Assembly: GCA_009695015.1 (NCBI GenBank) | Contig: SIBT01000001.1 | Location: forward strand, 1-39,005 | Origin: Candidatus Nomurabacteria bacterium | GTDB taxonomy: Bacteria > Patescibacteriota > Minisyncoccia > Phycocordibacterales > UBA9973 | Direction: 5' to 3' | Length of the DNA: 39,005 bases | Part shown: piece after piece, positions 26,010-35,323 of the stretch | Layout: every line of letters starts with the position of its first letter | Numbering within the stretch: position 1 is the stretch's first letter | The notes under the pieces: model-generated | The model's input: only the letters and a program-made list of their open reading frames with translations | Database searches by the model: none | What the model was told of the DNA's origin: nothing | Position numbers and translations under genes: made by a program

Positions 26010-26879
26010 CTACTTCTGGAAAGAAAATTCTTCTTTCTCTCCATCAGATTTCATCATTATTGTGCCGAGCAGATCCGTTCTAAAAATCTTTATGCCAAAT
26101 GAAGTTAGTGTGTCTAGGGTGTTTTGATGCGGATGGCCATATTTATTATCTTTACCGTCAGAGATAAGCGCATAAGTGGGCGACACAGTTTTCACAAATT
26201 CGGTAGAGGTAGAAGTGCGTGAACCATGGTGCCCAACTTTTAAAATAGTGCTACGAAGTTGCGTGGAAGAATTTTCTTCTAAAATTATTTTTTCGGTCAC
26301 GGTCGTAGAATCTCCGGTGAGCATTATGGAAGTTTTACCATAAGAGAGCCTCGCCACAATTGATCCATCATTACTATCCCATAGTGAGACTTCTCGATCT
26401 GGGAATAAAATATCAATCCATGCCCCACCACCCAAATCTAATCGCATTCCTTTTTTTAATAAAATATCCGGAATATTTTTATTTTTTATTTCTGTTTTAA
26501 GATTTTGATAAGTTTTAGAATCATTAAACGTACCAGGTTCAAATACACTGTCTATTTTGTAAACTTTTAAAACGTCCTCGAATCCGCCTATGTGATCTTG
26601 ATCGGGATTCGTAATAATAATCGCATCTATGTGCCTATCAAATGGAGACATCACGCGCGCAAGTTGGCTTAAAATTTTTCGAGGCGGTCCCCCATCCACT
26701 AATACCTGCGTTCCGGTCGGAGACTCTACAAAAAGCGCATCACCTTGGCCAATATCAAACATAGTGAAAGTAAGTTCTTTGTGAGAACTCTGAAAATCAA
26801 GATAGAAAAGATAGATAGTAGAAACTAAAAGCAGAAAAGTGAAAAGGAATAGACCGTATTTCTTGCGATTTTGAAGCAT
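26010..26879 (-). CDS. Membrane-anchored ComEC/Rec2-type metallo-beta-lactamase-fold hydrolase (stand-alone C-terminal ComEC module)
   Basis: N-terminal TM YGLFLFTFLLLVSTIYLFYL; FDIGQGDALFVE; ITNPDQDHIGG; VGHHGS; YGHPH. Confidence 0.8.
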   Translation of the reverse strand: MLQNRKKYGLFLFTFLLLVSTIYLFYLDFQSSHKELTFTMFDIGQGDALFVESPTGTQVLVDGGPPRKILSQLARVMSPFDRHIDAIIITNPDQDHIGGFEDVLKVYKIDSVFEPGTFNDSKTYQNLKTEIKNKNIPDILLKKGMRLDLGGGAWIDILFPDREVSLWDSNDGSIVARLSYGKTSIMLTGDSTTVTEKIILEENSSTQLRSTILKVGHHGSRTSTSTEFVKTVSPTYALISDGKDNKYGHPHQNTLDTLTSFGIKIFRTDLLGTIMMKSDGEKEEFSFQK

Positions 26880-26915
26880 GCTATAATGTTAGCATATTAA
26901 TAATTAAGGAATATT

Positions 26916-27509
26916 ATGAATAAATTTGAAGAAATAAAATTTAATATTGGAACATTAAAAGGAATCTCAGCGAAAAACATCGAAGAACATTTGAAACTCT
27001 ATGCAGGTTATGTGAAGCACTCTAATCTAGTACTAGAGAAGATTAACGAACTCGCTCAAGATGCTGAAAAAAATGCTTATGCATTGGGTGAAGTTCAGAG
27101 ACGATTCGGGTTTGAATACAATGGTATGAGGAATCACGAAGTTTATTTTGGATCCCTTTCCGGAGAGGCTAAAACTCCAACGAATGACAGTGAACTTAAA
27201 AAAGCAATCACGGCAGAATGGGGATCTTTTGAAATGTGGCTAAATCGCTTTAAATCTATCGCCCTTACTCGCGGTATTGGTTGGGTAATGCTTTACTATG
27301 ACCGAAAAGAAAAGCGTCTCCTTTTGACTTGGGTGGATGAACAACATTTTGGACAACTACAAGACTGCACTCTAGTCTTCGGACTAGATATGTGGGAACA
27401 TGCGTTTGTCTACGACTACCCTACTTCCGAAAAGAAAAAATACGTAGAAGCATTTTTTGAAAATCTAAATTGGGAAGTGATCGAAAATAATTTTAAAAAG
27501 GCTCAATAA
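26916..27509 (+). CDS. Fe/Mn superoxide dismutase family protein (divergent N-terminal motif)
   Basis: C-terminal GLDMWEHAFVYDY (D and H ligands) and NHEVYF. The N-terminal region has EEHLKLYAGYV instead of HHxKHHxxYV. SD AAGGA and TATAAT lie upstream. Confidence 0.75.
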   Translation: MNKFEEIKFNIGTLKGISAKNIEEHLKLYAGYVKHSNLVLEKINELAQDAEKNAYALGEVQRRFGFEYNGMRNHEVYFGSLSGEAKTPTNDSELKKAITAEWGSFEMWLNRFKSIALTRGIGWVMLYYDRKEKRLLLTWVDEQHFGQLQDCTLVFGLDMWEHAFVYDYPTSEKKKYVEAFFENLNWEVIENNFKKAQ

Positions 27510-29004
27510 TAAAGTTCTTGATACTTTTACCAAAAAGTCTATAAATAAAATAGATATAAATGACGATTGTGAGTAAAAGTGGAAAATTTGGAATTGAAAA
27601 AGATGTAAAGGGTAAATTTGAGAAAAAACTTATGACACTCAATTCGTAATGCAGAAATAAATAAGAGATAAATCCAAGCGGCACACCAAATCCATACCAA
27701 ATAAGTCCGACGAAACCAGTTAGGAAGCCAAATAGCATAGTAAAAGGAATGAAGGGCAAAATCAAAATATTTGCTGGTAGCGCTACGAGAGAAAGATTGC
27801 CCATCTTATAAAGAATAAAAGGTAAAACGAAAATATAAGCGGAGCAAGTCACAGTCATAATATCCCGCAATTTAAAATAATCCGGCACCCACAAAAAATA
27901 TTTCTCAATTCTGGGCGCCAGAAATATCACGGCAACCGTCGCAATAAAGGAAAGTTGAAAAGAAACATCATAGACAAGTATAAAAGGATTTAATAAAATC
28001 ATCCCAACTCCAGCGAAAATAAGGGCGCGCGCGACATCGTAATTTCTACCAGTTGCGCGAGCCACGAGCACCAAAGTCGCCATTATGCCCGCCCGTATTG
28101 CAGTAGAATTCCCGCCAGTCATCAATATAAAAAACAGGATTGCAAAAATACCCATACCAATACCAAAATTTTTAGGCACATAAGGCACTTGGGAAAATAA
28201 TTTCATTATCCATTCGGCGACGATCGTCACATTGTATCCGGAAAGTGCGACGATATGGATCGTGCCGGTATCGATAAACTTCTGTCGCATTTCATTATCA
28301 AAAGAAGAGCGCTCACCCAGTATCAAACCACCCATTAAAAGCGACTCTGGACGAGAAATTACTAAATTCATTTTATTTAAAAACTTATCTTTGATATAAA
28401 ATAGGGTGTTCTTAATTTTATTACCACCTCCCCGAGAAATTATTTCGATGTCTACATAATTCATCACATAAAAAATCCCATCTTTTCTTAAATAATTTAT
28501 ATAATCAAAATCTTTACCTTGATCGGTTGTGAAATTCCTCGGCTTTTCTAATTTACCGGAAAAATTAACTTCATCGCCGTATTGAAAATACGTGCCAAAA
28601 TCCACAGTCGCTAGAATTTTTGTTTTGGTGGGAGAAGCTCCGACTTCAATAATCAATTTTTGATTATTCTCTCGAATATCGGGCTCGTCGATAATCTTTC
28701 CCAAGAAAGATATTTTATTTCCTACTTGCGATTCGAAAACATAAGGCGCAGGTTTATCCACAACATGAAACCTCAGCATTCCAAGAGAAAAGATTAAAAT
28801 AAAAACACTAAAAATAATCCCCCATTTACTATTAGACTCTGTCGCTCGCGGAGGGCGGGGTCTAATTAAAGTAAAAAATAAAGTTAAAGCAAAACTAACC
28901 ACACCCAACAAAACAGTAAAATAAAAATTTACAAAAATAAAAGACCGCAAAAATACTCCAAAAATAAAACCAAAACAAATTGCATAGAAAATCTTATCAC
29001 GCAT
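27493..29004 (-). CDS. comEC: ComEC/Rec2 DNA-uptake channel protein (DUF4131/OB plus Competence membrane domain, no MBL domain)
   Basis: Polytopic; the N-terminal TM pair plus an OB-like ectodomain, then a roughly 270-aa competence domain (GLILGERS..., TGTIHIVALSGYNV). Confidence 0.85.
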   Translation of the reverse strand: MRDKIFYAICFGFIFGVFLRSFIFVNFYFTVLLGVVSFALTLFFTLIRPRPPRATESNSKWGIIFSVFILIFSLGMLRFHVVDKPAPYVFESQVGNKISFLGKIIDEPDIRENNQKLIIEVGASPTKTKILATVDFGTYFQYGDEVNFSGKLEKPRNFTTDQGKDFDYINYLRKDGIFYVMNYVDIEIISRGGGNKIKNTLFYIKDKFLNKMNLVISRPESLLMGGLILGERSSFDNEMRQKFIDTGTIHIVALSGYNVTIVAEWIMKLFSQVPYVPKNFGIGMGIFAILFFILMTGGNSTAIRAGIMATLVLVARATGRNYDVARALIFAGVGMILLNPFILVYDVSFQLSFIATVAVIFLAPRIEKYFLWVPDYFKLRDIMTVTCSAYIFVLPFILYKMGNLSLVALPANILILPFIPFTMLFGFLTGFVGLIWYGFGVPLGFISYLFLHYELSVISFFSNLPFTSFSIPNFPLLLTIVIYIYFIYRLFGKSIKNFIIEPF

Positions 29005-29026
29005 TTAGAAAGTATACCAAAAAAAA

Positions 29027-29515
29027 TTATTTATTTTTAAGTTCTACTCCCACACCCTCTGCAAAACTTGTGGCTATTAGATCCGCTCTGTCGTTGTACC
29101 TGTCTTCATTGTGTCCTTTTACATAGGTCCATTTAGGTTTCAACTCTTCTGTAAGTTTGTATAACTCCTCCCAAAGTTCGCGATTCAAAACCGGTTTTTT
29201 GTTCGCATTTCGCCAATTATTTTTCTGCCAATTAAAAATCCATTCCGTAATCCCTAAAATCACATATTTCGAATCAGAAATAATTTCTATATCTCCAGCA
29301 AGGACTACCCCTGCTGGAATTACTGGAAGTTTTTTTAAATACTTCAACGCTTCTATCGGCGCAGTGAGTTCCATTTGATTATTCGTCGCGTGATTTACTC
29401 CACCGCCAATCTCAAAAACTTTCTTATCAATAATAAAAACAGCACCAAAGCCAGCCCGTCCAGGATTCCCCTTCGCCGCCCCGTCGGTGTAGATAGTTAT
29501 TGTATCTTTTTGCAT
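29027..29515 (-). CDS. rnhA: Ribonuclease HI
   Basis: IYTDGAAKGNPG, NNQMELTA, ISDSKYV, KGHNEDRYNDRADLIA (DEDD catalytic pattern). Confidence 0.9.
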   Translation of the reverse strand: MQKDTITIYTDGAAKGNPGRAGFGAVFIIDKKVFEIGGGVNHATNNQMELTAPIEALKYLKKLPVIPAGVVLAGDIEIISDSKYVILGITEWIFNWQKNNWRNANKKPVLNRELWEELYKLTEELKPKWTYVKGHNEDRYNDRADLIATSFAEGVGVELKNK

Positions 29516-29537
29516 AGGCTTTATTTTATCATTAGTT

Positions 29538-31202
29538 TTAACTAATATCCTCTATTCGCAATCGGAGTTCTTCCCGACCCCTAAATCTAGATAGATCAAA
29601 CGTGGCTAATAAGTTTACGTTCATTCCTTCAGACAAAGTATTTTTAAAAGAGTCAACGCCAGAAAAAAAAGAAATAGCCACTACTTTATTCTTACCATTA
29701 GAAAAAATAATTTCCAAATGTTCGCCAGAGCCATTCTTGCCAAACTTTTTTATTTTTTCTATCTTTACACCTTCAAATAAAAAAACTGGTTTTGGATTAC
29801 CAAATCCAAAAGGCTCGAGCTTACTTATTTCACGCCAAGAATTCATTTTTACATCATCTAAAGATGATTTCACGTCATATTTTTTTTCCTCTAAACTAGT
29901 CTCAGTTTTCCTTTTTACTTTATTAAAAGTCGCAGAAAGTGCCTCTTCCAAGAAGTGTATTTTCTCAGAATGAACAGTAAACCCTCCAGCGAGCTCATGA
30001 CCACCAAAATTTATAAACGATTCACTCGTCGCCGTCATGAGCTCTACCACCGACACCGATCCATCACTACGACAAGAACCTTTAATACAATCATTTTCGT
30101 CTTTACCCCAAACAAAAACAGGCCTTTGGTGTGTATCACATATCTTGCCGGCCACGAGCCCTAAGATCCCGACACGCCAATTTGGATTTCCTATTACTAT
30201 AACTTCATTCATTACCTTGTCTTCAAATCTTTTATTAACTTCACGCATAATATTCGTCACAATTGTTTTTCTCTCATCATTTATTTTTGATAAATGATCT
30301 GCAAGCATTCCTGCCTCTACAATATCCTCTGTGGCGAGTAGTTCAAAAGCTCTCATCGGATCATCCATTCGAGATGCAGCATTCAACCTGGGTGTCACCA
30401 TAAAACCAATATCGTCCGAAGATAGATATCTCTGATCAATATTCATTTTGGCTAAAAGTTTCTGTAAACCTGGACGAGGGGATTTTTTCAACACTTTCAT
30501 TCCATAATATGCAATAGCTCTATTCTCTCCAGTTAGCGGAACCATATCCGAAAATGTGGCGAGGCCTGCCATATCGAGCATCCATTTTTCTGCGCCGATT
30601 CTCACTTTGAAATTCTTGTTCTCTTTGCCATATTTTTTGAGAAATCCTTGCGCAAATTTGAAAACAACGCCCGCTCCACATAACATTTTTTCTGGGTACG
30701 CATCTACTTTCGGATTTAAAATTGCATAAGCTCGTGGTAAAGTTTCTTGAGGTAAATGGTGATCTGTAATTATCACATCGATGTCATCCACTTCCGCTTG
30801 CGCTACTTCCACGACCGCTGTAATACCAAGGTCGACAGTAATTAGAAGTTTTACCCCAGACTTAGCAAAAATCTTTATCGCTTCTAAATTGAGCCCATAT
30901 CCTTCACTATTTCTCTGAGGTATATAAATTTCATAGTTTTTATATCCAACTAATTTAAATAAGTCATTTAAAATTACGGCGCCTGGAATCCCATCGCAAT
31001 CGTAATCCGCATAAATTACTATTTTTTCGCCTGCTTCTATCGCCTCATATAGACGAACACAAGCCTTTTCCATATCTTTCATTAAAAAAGGGTCGTGAAA
31101 ATCACGCTCGTAATCTGGACTCAAAAAAATCTCGGCTTGTGCCCCATCAATAATTCCTCTCTTTTCTAAAAGTACTCGCAGTAATTCTCCATATTTTTGC
31201 AT
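29538..31202 (-). CDS. recJ: Single-stranded-DNA-specific exonuclease RecJ
   Basis: DHH motifs YADYDCDGIPG, ITVDLG, IITDHHLP, plus a DHHA1 GGHELAGG. The start is set at the ATG at 31202 (MQKYGELL) because the longer ORF overlaps the divergent HIT gene. Confidence 0.9.
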   Translation of the reverse strand: MQKYGELLRVLLEKRGIIDGAQAEIFLSPDYERDFHDPFLMKDMEKACVRLYEAIEAGEKIVIYADYDCDGIPGAVILNDLFKLVGYKNYEIYIPQRNSEGYGLNLEAIKIFAKSGVKLLITVDLGITAVVEVAQAEVDDIDVIITDHHLPQETLPRAYAILNPKVDAYPEKMLCGAGVVFKFAQGFLKKYGKENKNFKVRIGAEKWMLDMAGLATFSDMVPLTGENRAIAYYGMKVLKKSPRPGLQKLLAKMNIDQRYLSSDDIGFMVTPRLNAASRMDDPMRAFELLATEDIVEAGMLADHLSKINDERKTIVTNIMREVNKRFEDKVMNEVIVIGNPNWRVGILGLVAGKICDTHQRPVFVWGKDENDCIKGSCRSDGSVSVVELMTATSESFINFGGHELAGGFTVHSEKIHFLEEALSATFNKVKRKTETSLEEKKYDVKSSLDDVKMNSWREISKLEPFGFGNPKPVFLFEGVKIEKIKKFGKNGSGEHLEIIFSNGKNKVVAISFFSGVDSFKNTLSEGMNVNLLATFDLSRFRGREELRLRIEDIS

Positions 31203-31230
31203 AAGTCGAATTTTAGCATATAATACAAAG

Positions 31231-31623
31231 ATGAACGACTGTGTGTTTTGTAAAATTATAAAAGGAGAACTGCCATCAAGTAAAATATATGAAGATGCTG
31301 ATTTTTTATCATTCTTAACTAAAGGACCAGTATCAGACGGACATCTTTTAATCGTCCCCAAAAAACACACAGTTTGGATGCAAGATGTTGATGATGAGAC
31401 AATATCAAAAATTTTCAAACTCACAAAAAAACTTATGCTGGCAGTTAAAAAAGGAATGGGTTGCGATTATGTGCAAGTCTCTGTAGTTGGCAAAGATGTT
31501 CCACATTTTCACATACATTTAATACCAAGATATCTCAATAATAACTTACCTGAATTTCCTACAAAAGAATACAAAGACGGTGAAAGAGAACTAGTGGTAA
31601 ATAAAATCACTCAAGCGCTTTGA
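31231..31623 (+). CDS. HIT-family (histidine triad) nucleotide hydrolase
   Basis: CVFCKII N-terminus and HFHIHLIP histidine triad. TATAAT ends 6 nt before the ATG. Confidence 0.9.
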   Translation: MNDCVFCKIIKGELPSSKIYEDADFLSFLTKGPVSDGHLLIVPKKHTVWMQDVDDETISKIFKLTKKLMLAVKKGMGCDYVQVSVVGKDVPHFHIHLIPRYLNNNLPEFPTKEYKDGERELVVNKITQAL

Positions 31624-32740
31624 TTCCAGGCAGAGTGCCACTCGAGAGGAATTCGAGCGTCGCTCCTCCTCCTGTAGATATGAAAGAAAACTTTTTTTCC
31701 ATTTTTATTTCGGAGATCAACGCCACCGTGTCTCCCCCGCCGATAATACTTTCGGCTTTTGAAGCAGCTACTAATTTTAATACTTCTTTAGTAGACTTTT
31801 CCCCACCATCTTCATATTTGCCGAGTGGCCCATTCCATAAGATAAATTTTGATTTTTTGATAAGTTGCGTCAAATTTTCTACCGTTTCATCCCCAATATC
31901 CAAAATATTTTCATCTTTGCCAACTTCAGTTACCTTTTTAGTAATTAACTTATCTTGAGACTTTACTACAACATCAACTGGTAAAATTAATTTACCACCA
32001 CCGCGGGCAGGTTTATTTTTCAATATTTTTGCAATGCCGTAATTAGTTTCGTCGACTAAAGATTCCCCCACACTATATCCTTTCGCTTTTAGAAAATCAT
32101 TCGCCAATGCTCCACCGATAAAAACTTGATCAGCTAATTTCAAATATTTTTTTATTAAAGGCATTTTGGTAGAAAACTTTGCGCCACCTAAAATAAAAAG
32201 AAAGGGGTGTTTAGGTTTTTTAAAAGCACGAGATAAATTCTTTACTTCCTCGAATAATTGAAGTCCGGCATAAGATGGTAATAGTTTTGGCAACAAGACA
32301 ATGGATGCATCTGCCCTGTGAGATACTGGAAAAGCTTCATTTACATATATATCAGCTAATTTCGCTAGATTCATGGCGAAAATTTCATTACATTCTTGTT
32401 CTCCTCTATCATTTCTCAAATTTTGAAGTAAAACCACTTCACTATTTTTCATATTTGAAACAATATCGCGGACTTCTTGACCAATGATCTCTTCTACAAA
32501 TTTTACTTTTATATATTTATTTAAAACTTTGGCAACCGGAAGAAGTGTATCTCCTCCTTTACCTAGATGTGTAATTAAAATTAATTTCGCACCTTTTTTC
32601 TGCAAAAATTCAAGGGTCGGCAATGCTTTTTTTATTCGAAAATCATCTTCGACTTTTCCATCTTTAATAGGCAAATTAAAATCTACTCTAATAAGCACAT
32701 TTTTACCTTCAATATTTTTTATTGACTTAATGCTTCGCAT
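31607..32740 (-). CDS. pgk: Phosphoglycerate kinase
   Basis: VLIRVDFNLP, THLGKG, FILGGAKFSTK, STGGGATLEFL. Confidence 0.95.
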   Translation of the reverse strand: MRSIKSIKNIEGKNVLIRVDFNLPIKDGKVEDDFRIKKALPTLEFLQKKGAKLILITHLGKGGDTLLPVAKVLNKYIKVKFVEEIIGQEVRDIVSNMKNSEVVLLQNLRNDRGEQECNEIFAMNLAKLADIYVNEAFPVSHRADASIVLLPKLLPSYAGLQLFEEVKNLSRAFKKPKHPFLFILGGAKFSTKMPLIKKYLKLADQVFIGGALANDFLKAKGYSVGESLVDETNYGIAKILKNKPARGGGKLILPVDVVVKSQDKLITKKVTEVGKDENILDIGDETVENLTQLIKKSKFILWNGPLGKYEDGGEKSTKEVLKLVAASKAESIIGGGDTVALISEIKMEKKFSFISTGGGATLEFLSSGTLPGIKALE

Positions 32741-33495
32741 ATTTTTATGATCTCCATAAATTTTACAGCATCCAAACTCACCCGACCGACGAGCACTCCT
32801 TCTACTCCGCCGTCCTTCAAAAAATCTTGCACATTTTTTTCATTTACATCTCCTCCGTAGATGATTCTTGGAATTTTTATTTTCACACCAAATTTATCAA
32901 CCAGAATCTTTTTGATAAAAAGAGACATCTCTTCACAATCGGCTGGAGTGGCGTCTTTATGGTTTGGAGTACTAGAAATGGCCCAGATTGGTTCATAGGC
33001 AATGATAATTTTTGAAATTAAATCTTTTTTTACTCCATCTAGACATTCTTCCAGTTGGGTTTTCACTAAATTAAAATAGCTATGACTTTCGTCACGAACG
33101 GTCTCCCCTACGCAGAGTATTGGAACAAGCCCCGCTGAAAGGGATGCTTTGATTTTTTTATTTATATCCAGACCTGTTTCCCCTAATTCTCGCCTTTTAG
33201 AATGTCCCACAATCACATATTTTATTCCTAGGTCCTCGAGCATCGAAGCTGAAATTTCCCCCGTGTAAGGCCCAGCTTCTTCATAAAACACATTTTGAGC
33301 ACCTAGAGATATTTTTTTAGTCCGCCGGCTGGCGGATCGCAATTTCTCTAAATACAAAAATGGTGGACAGATTACAATCTCTGTTTTTTGAACTCCGAAA
33401 ATAGACTTTGTTATATCGACAAACAACTTTTCAGCTTCTTTTTGGGTACTTGGATTCATTTTCCAATTCCCTATAATAATTTTATTCTTTGACAT
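32719..33495 (-). CDS. tpiA: Triosephosphate isomerase
   Basis: IIGNWKMN, VIVGHSKRR (usually HSERR), AYEPIWAI, YGG(D)V. Confidence 0.93.
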   Translation of the reverse strand: MSKNKIIIGNWKMNPSTQKEAEKLFVDITKSIFGVQKTEIVICPPFLYLEKLRSASRRTKKISLGAQNVFYEEAGPYTGEISASMLEDLGIKYVIVGHSKRRELGETGLDINKKIKASLSAGLVPILCVGETVRDESHSYFNLVKTQLEECLDGVKKDLISKIIIAYEPIWAISSTPNHKDATPADCEEMSLFIKKILVDKFGVKIKIPRIIYGGDVNEKNVQDFLKDGGVEGVLVGRVSLDAVKFMEIIKICEALSQ

Positions 33496-33527
33496 GAGAT
33501 GATTCTAGCATATCTATTTATTTTAAA

Positions 33528-35288
33528 TTACTGCGTTTCTCCCCAGCCATCAAGACGCCAAGCACCAGAAGGACCTCCAATAAAATTCTTACTAATCAGC
33601 CCACTATCATAGATAAGTGTTGAACTATTTGACATAATTATAGTCTTCGCAATAGCTTCTTTTACACTAGCAGTATTAGAAAATAGGATTGTGCCATAAG
33701 GAGCAGCAAGAATAACCGTACCTGCACTATTGGCAATATTTATTGCTGAAGATGAAGTAGAAGTAGTAAGTACCATAATATAACTTCCAGAAGTTGAAGA
33801 ACCACTAAATGAAGCGGAATTGGCGGTAGATATCGTTCCATCGCTAATAATCACCCCACTTGCTGATCCATAAGAATTTGAAAGTTTAAGTTGAGAACTG
33901 TTTGATAAACTAATATTTCCAGTAACCCAAAGCGTACCTGAGACAGTTAATACAGCATTATTACTAAGAATTAAGTTACCATTAATCTTTTTTGGGCCAA
34001 CAATAAGAGTGCTATTATTCGATAAATTTATTTCGCCTTGTGTTCCCCCCGCAACAGCTTCATCTTTCCATGTCTGAATTTGTGAATCAGAAATAGGGAA
34101 ATTTAATGGGGCTGGATCCCCTTGAGAAACATTACAACTTTTATTATTTCCACTGCCAGTCTGGCAATATAAATTACCAGCAATAGTTGAATTGTTCACA
34201 GTATGAGCCGAAGCATTACCAATACCGAATTGACCTATAATCATACCGCTGATAGTAGAATTGACACCCCCAAGATAAATTTTAAAAAAAGCATCGAGCC
34301 CTGAGGGGTTAGTGTTATTCCATGTGGTTGTTCCATATTGTCCCAATTTAGCCAAACCGCTTACATATTGAGCATTATTTGCTCCCAAAATATAATAATT
34401 AGAAGCATTAACACTTGCATCTAAAACTAGCCAATAAGTAGTATTAGTAGCGAGAGTAACATTAGGCGACAAAACAATATTCACCCAACCGTAAGAAGTG
34501 GCAACATTAGATGCCGAAAGTGTTCCGGTAGCAAGAGAGGTGTTTGCAGGCTTCCCGCTTGAATCTGCAGTTATCCTTACATTTACATCGCTTGGTCCTC
34601 CAACTTTTTTAATATATACAGAAACCTGGGTAGCAATATCAGAAGTAGCAACAATAAAACTTTGGGCAACATCTTGTGTATTAACAGCAGTACCAAATTG
34701 TATTACATCTGTTGGGGTTCCAGTGTCATTAATTTGATCAATAATCTCTGCCGTGCGATCAGCCGCTATTGCTGTACCTGTTATCTTAGCACTATTTGAA
34801 CCTACAATATCGCCATTAACATATACACTACCATTTATTGTAGCAGTATTAGACATAATCAATCCACCATTTCCTACCTGCATACCATAAGTGAAAGAAA
34901 GCCCTACACCAGTTGAGAGTTTGATATTGGTTTTTCTTTGATAGCTAGACACATCACCCAAAGTGGTGATCTGTTTATATCCCTCAGAAATGGTTGTAAT
35001 ATTTGTTGTCGCTAAACTTGAATCAAGATTGAGGGTTTCACTTCCATCTATAGTTAGATTATTTTTTATTCGGTACATCGCATCTTCACTGCCTGACTCA
35101 GCTAAAAAATAAGATTTCTTAGAATCTAGATTCAGGTTAGCATTTTTGAATTCACGCACTGTCGGACCCACCAATCCAGCTATTATGGCTAAGGAAATAA
35201 ACAAAAAAAAGATAACGGAAATCAACATCGCTGAACCAGATTGAGAGTTAATTTTTATTTTTATGTGTTTTGATGTCTTAATTTCCAT
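33528..35288 (-). CDS. PilX/GspK-like pilus-associated protein with a large predicted beta-helical S/T/N/G-rich domain
   Basis: N-terminus SGSAMLISVIFFLFISLAIIAGL resembles PilX_N. Repetitive xNxxLxVSGxL.. segments follow. It is the last gene of the pilin block. Confidence 0.6.
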   Translation of the reverse strand: MEIKTSKHIKIKINSQSGSAMLISVIFFLFISLAIIAGLVGPTVREFKNANLNLDSKKSYFLAESGSEDAMYRIKNNLTIDGSETLNLDSSLATTNITTISEGYKQITTLGDVSSYQRKTNIKLSTGVGLSFTYGMQVGNGGLIMSNTATINGSVYVNGDIVGSNSAKITGTAIAADRTAEIIDQINDTGTPTDVIQFGTAVNTQDVAQSFIVATSDIATQVSVYIKKVGGPSDVNVRITADSSGKPANTSLATGTLSASNVATSYGWVNIVLSPNVTLATNTTYWLVLDASVNASNYYILGANNAQYVSGLAKLGQYGTTTWNNTNPSGLDAFFKIYLGGVNSTISGMIIGQFGIGNASAHTVNNSTIAGNLYCQTGSGNNKSCNVSQGDPAPLNFPISDSQIQTWKDEAVAGGTQGEINLSNNSTLIVGPKKINGNLILSNNAVLTVSGTLWVTGNISLSNSSQLKLSNSYGSASGVIISDGTISTANSASFSGSSTSGSYIMVLTTSTSSSAINIANSAGTVILAAPYGTILFSNTASVKEAIAKTIIMSNSSTLIYDSGLISKNFIGGPSGAWRLDGWGETQ

Positions 35289-35323
35289 TTTTGCAATATA
35301 TAATTAATAATTCTTAATCAACT

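Noticed and set aside
31203-31424. 74-aa N-terminal extension of the RecJ ORF in the track
   Set aside because: The extension overlaps the divergent HIT gene and its promoter. It has no RecJ-like sequence and looks like low-complexity antisense translation. RecJ homology starts at the ATG at 31202.
32719-32740. The tpiA/pgk 22-nt overlap as a possible fusion or programmed frameshift (a Pgk-Tpi fusion is known in Thermotoga)
   Set aside because: The order is tpiA then pgk, the reverse of the known fusion. The genes are in different frames, and pgk has its own GGAG SD and ATG. An ordinary overlapping gene pair is the simpler explanation.
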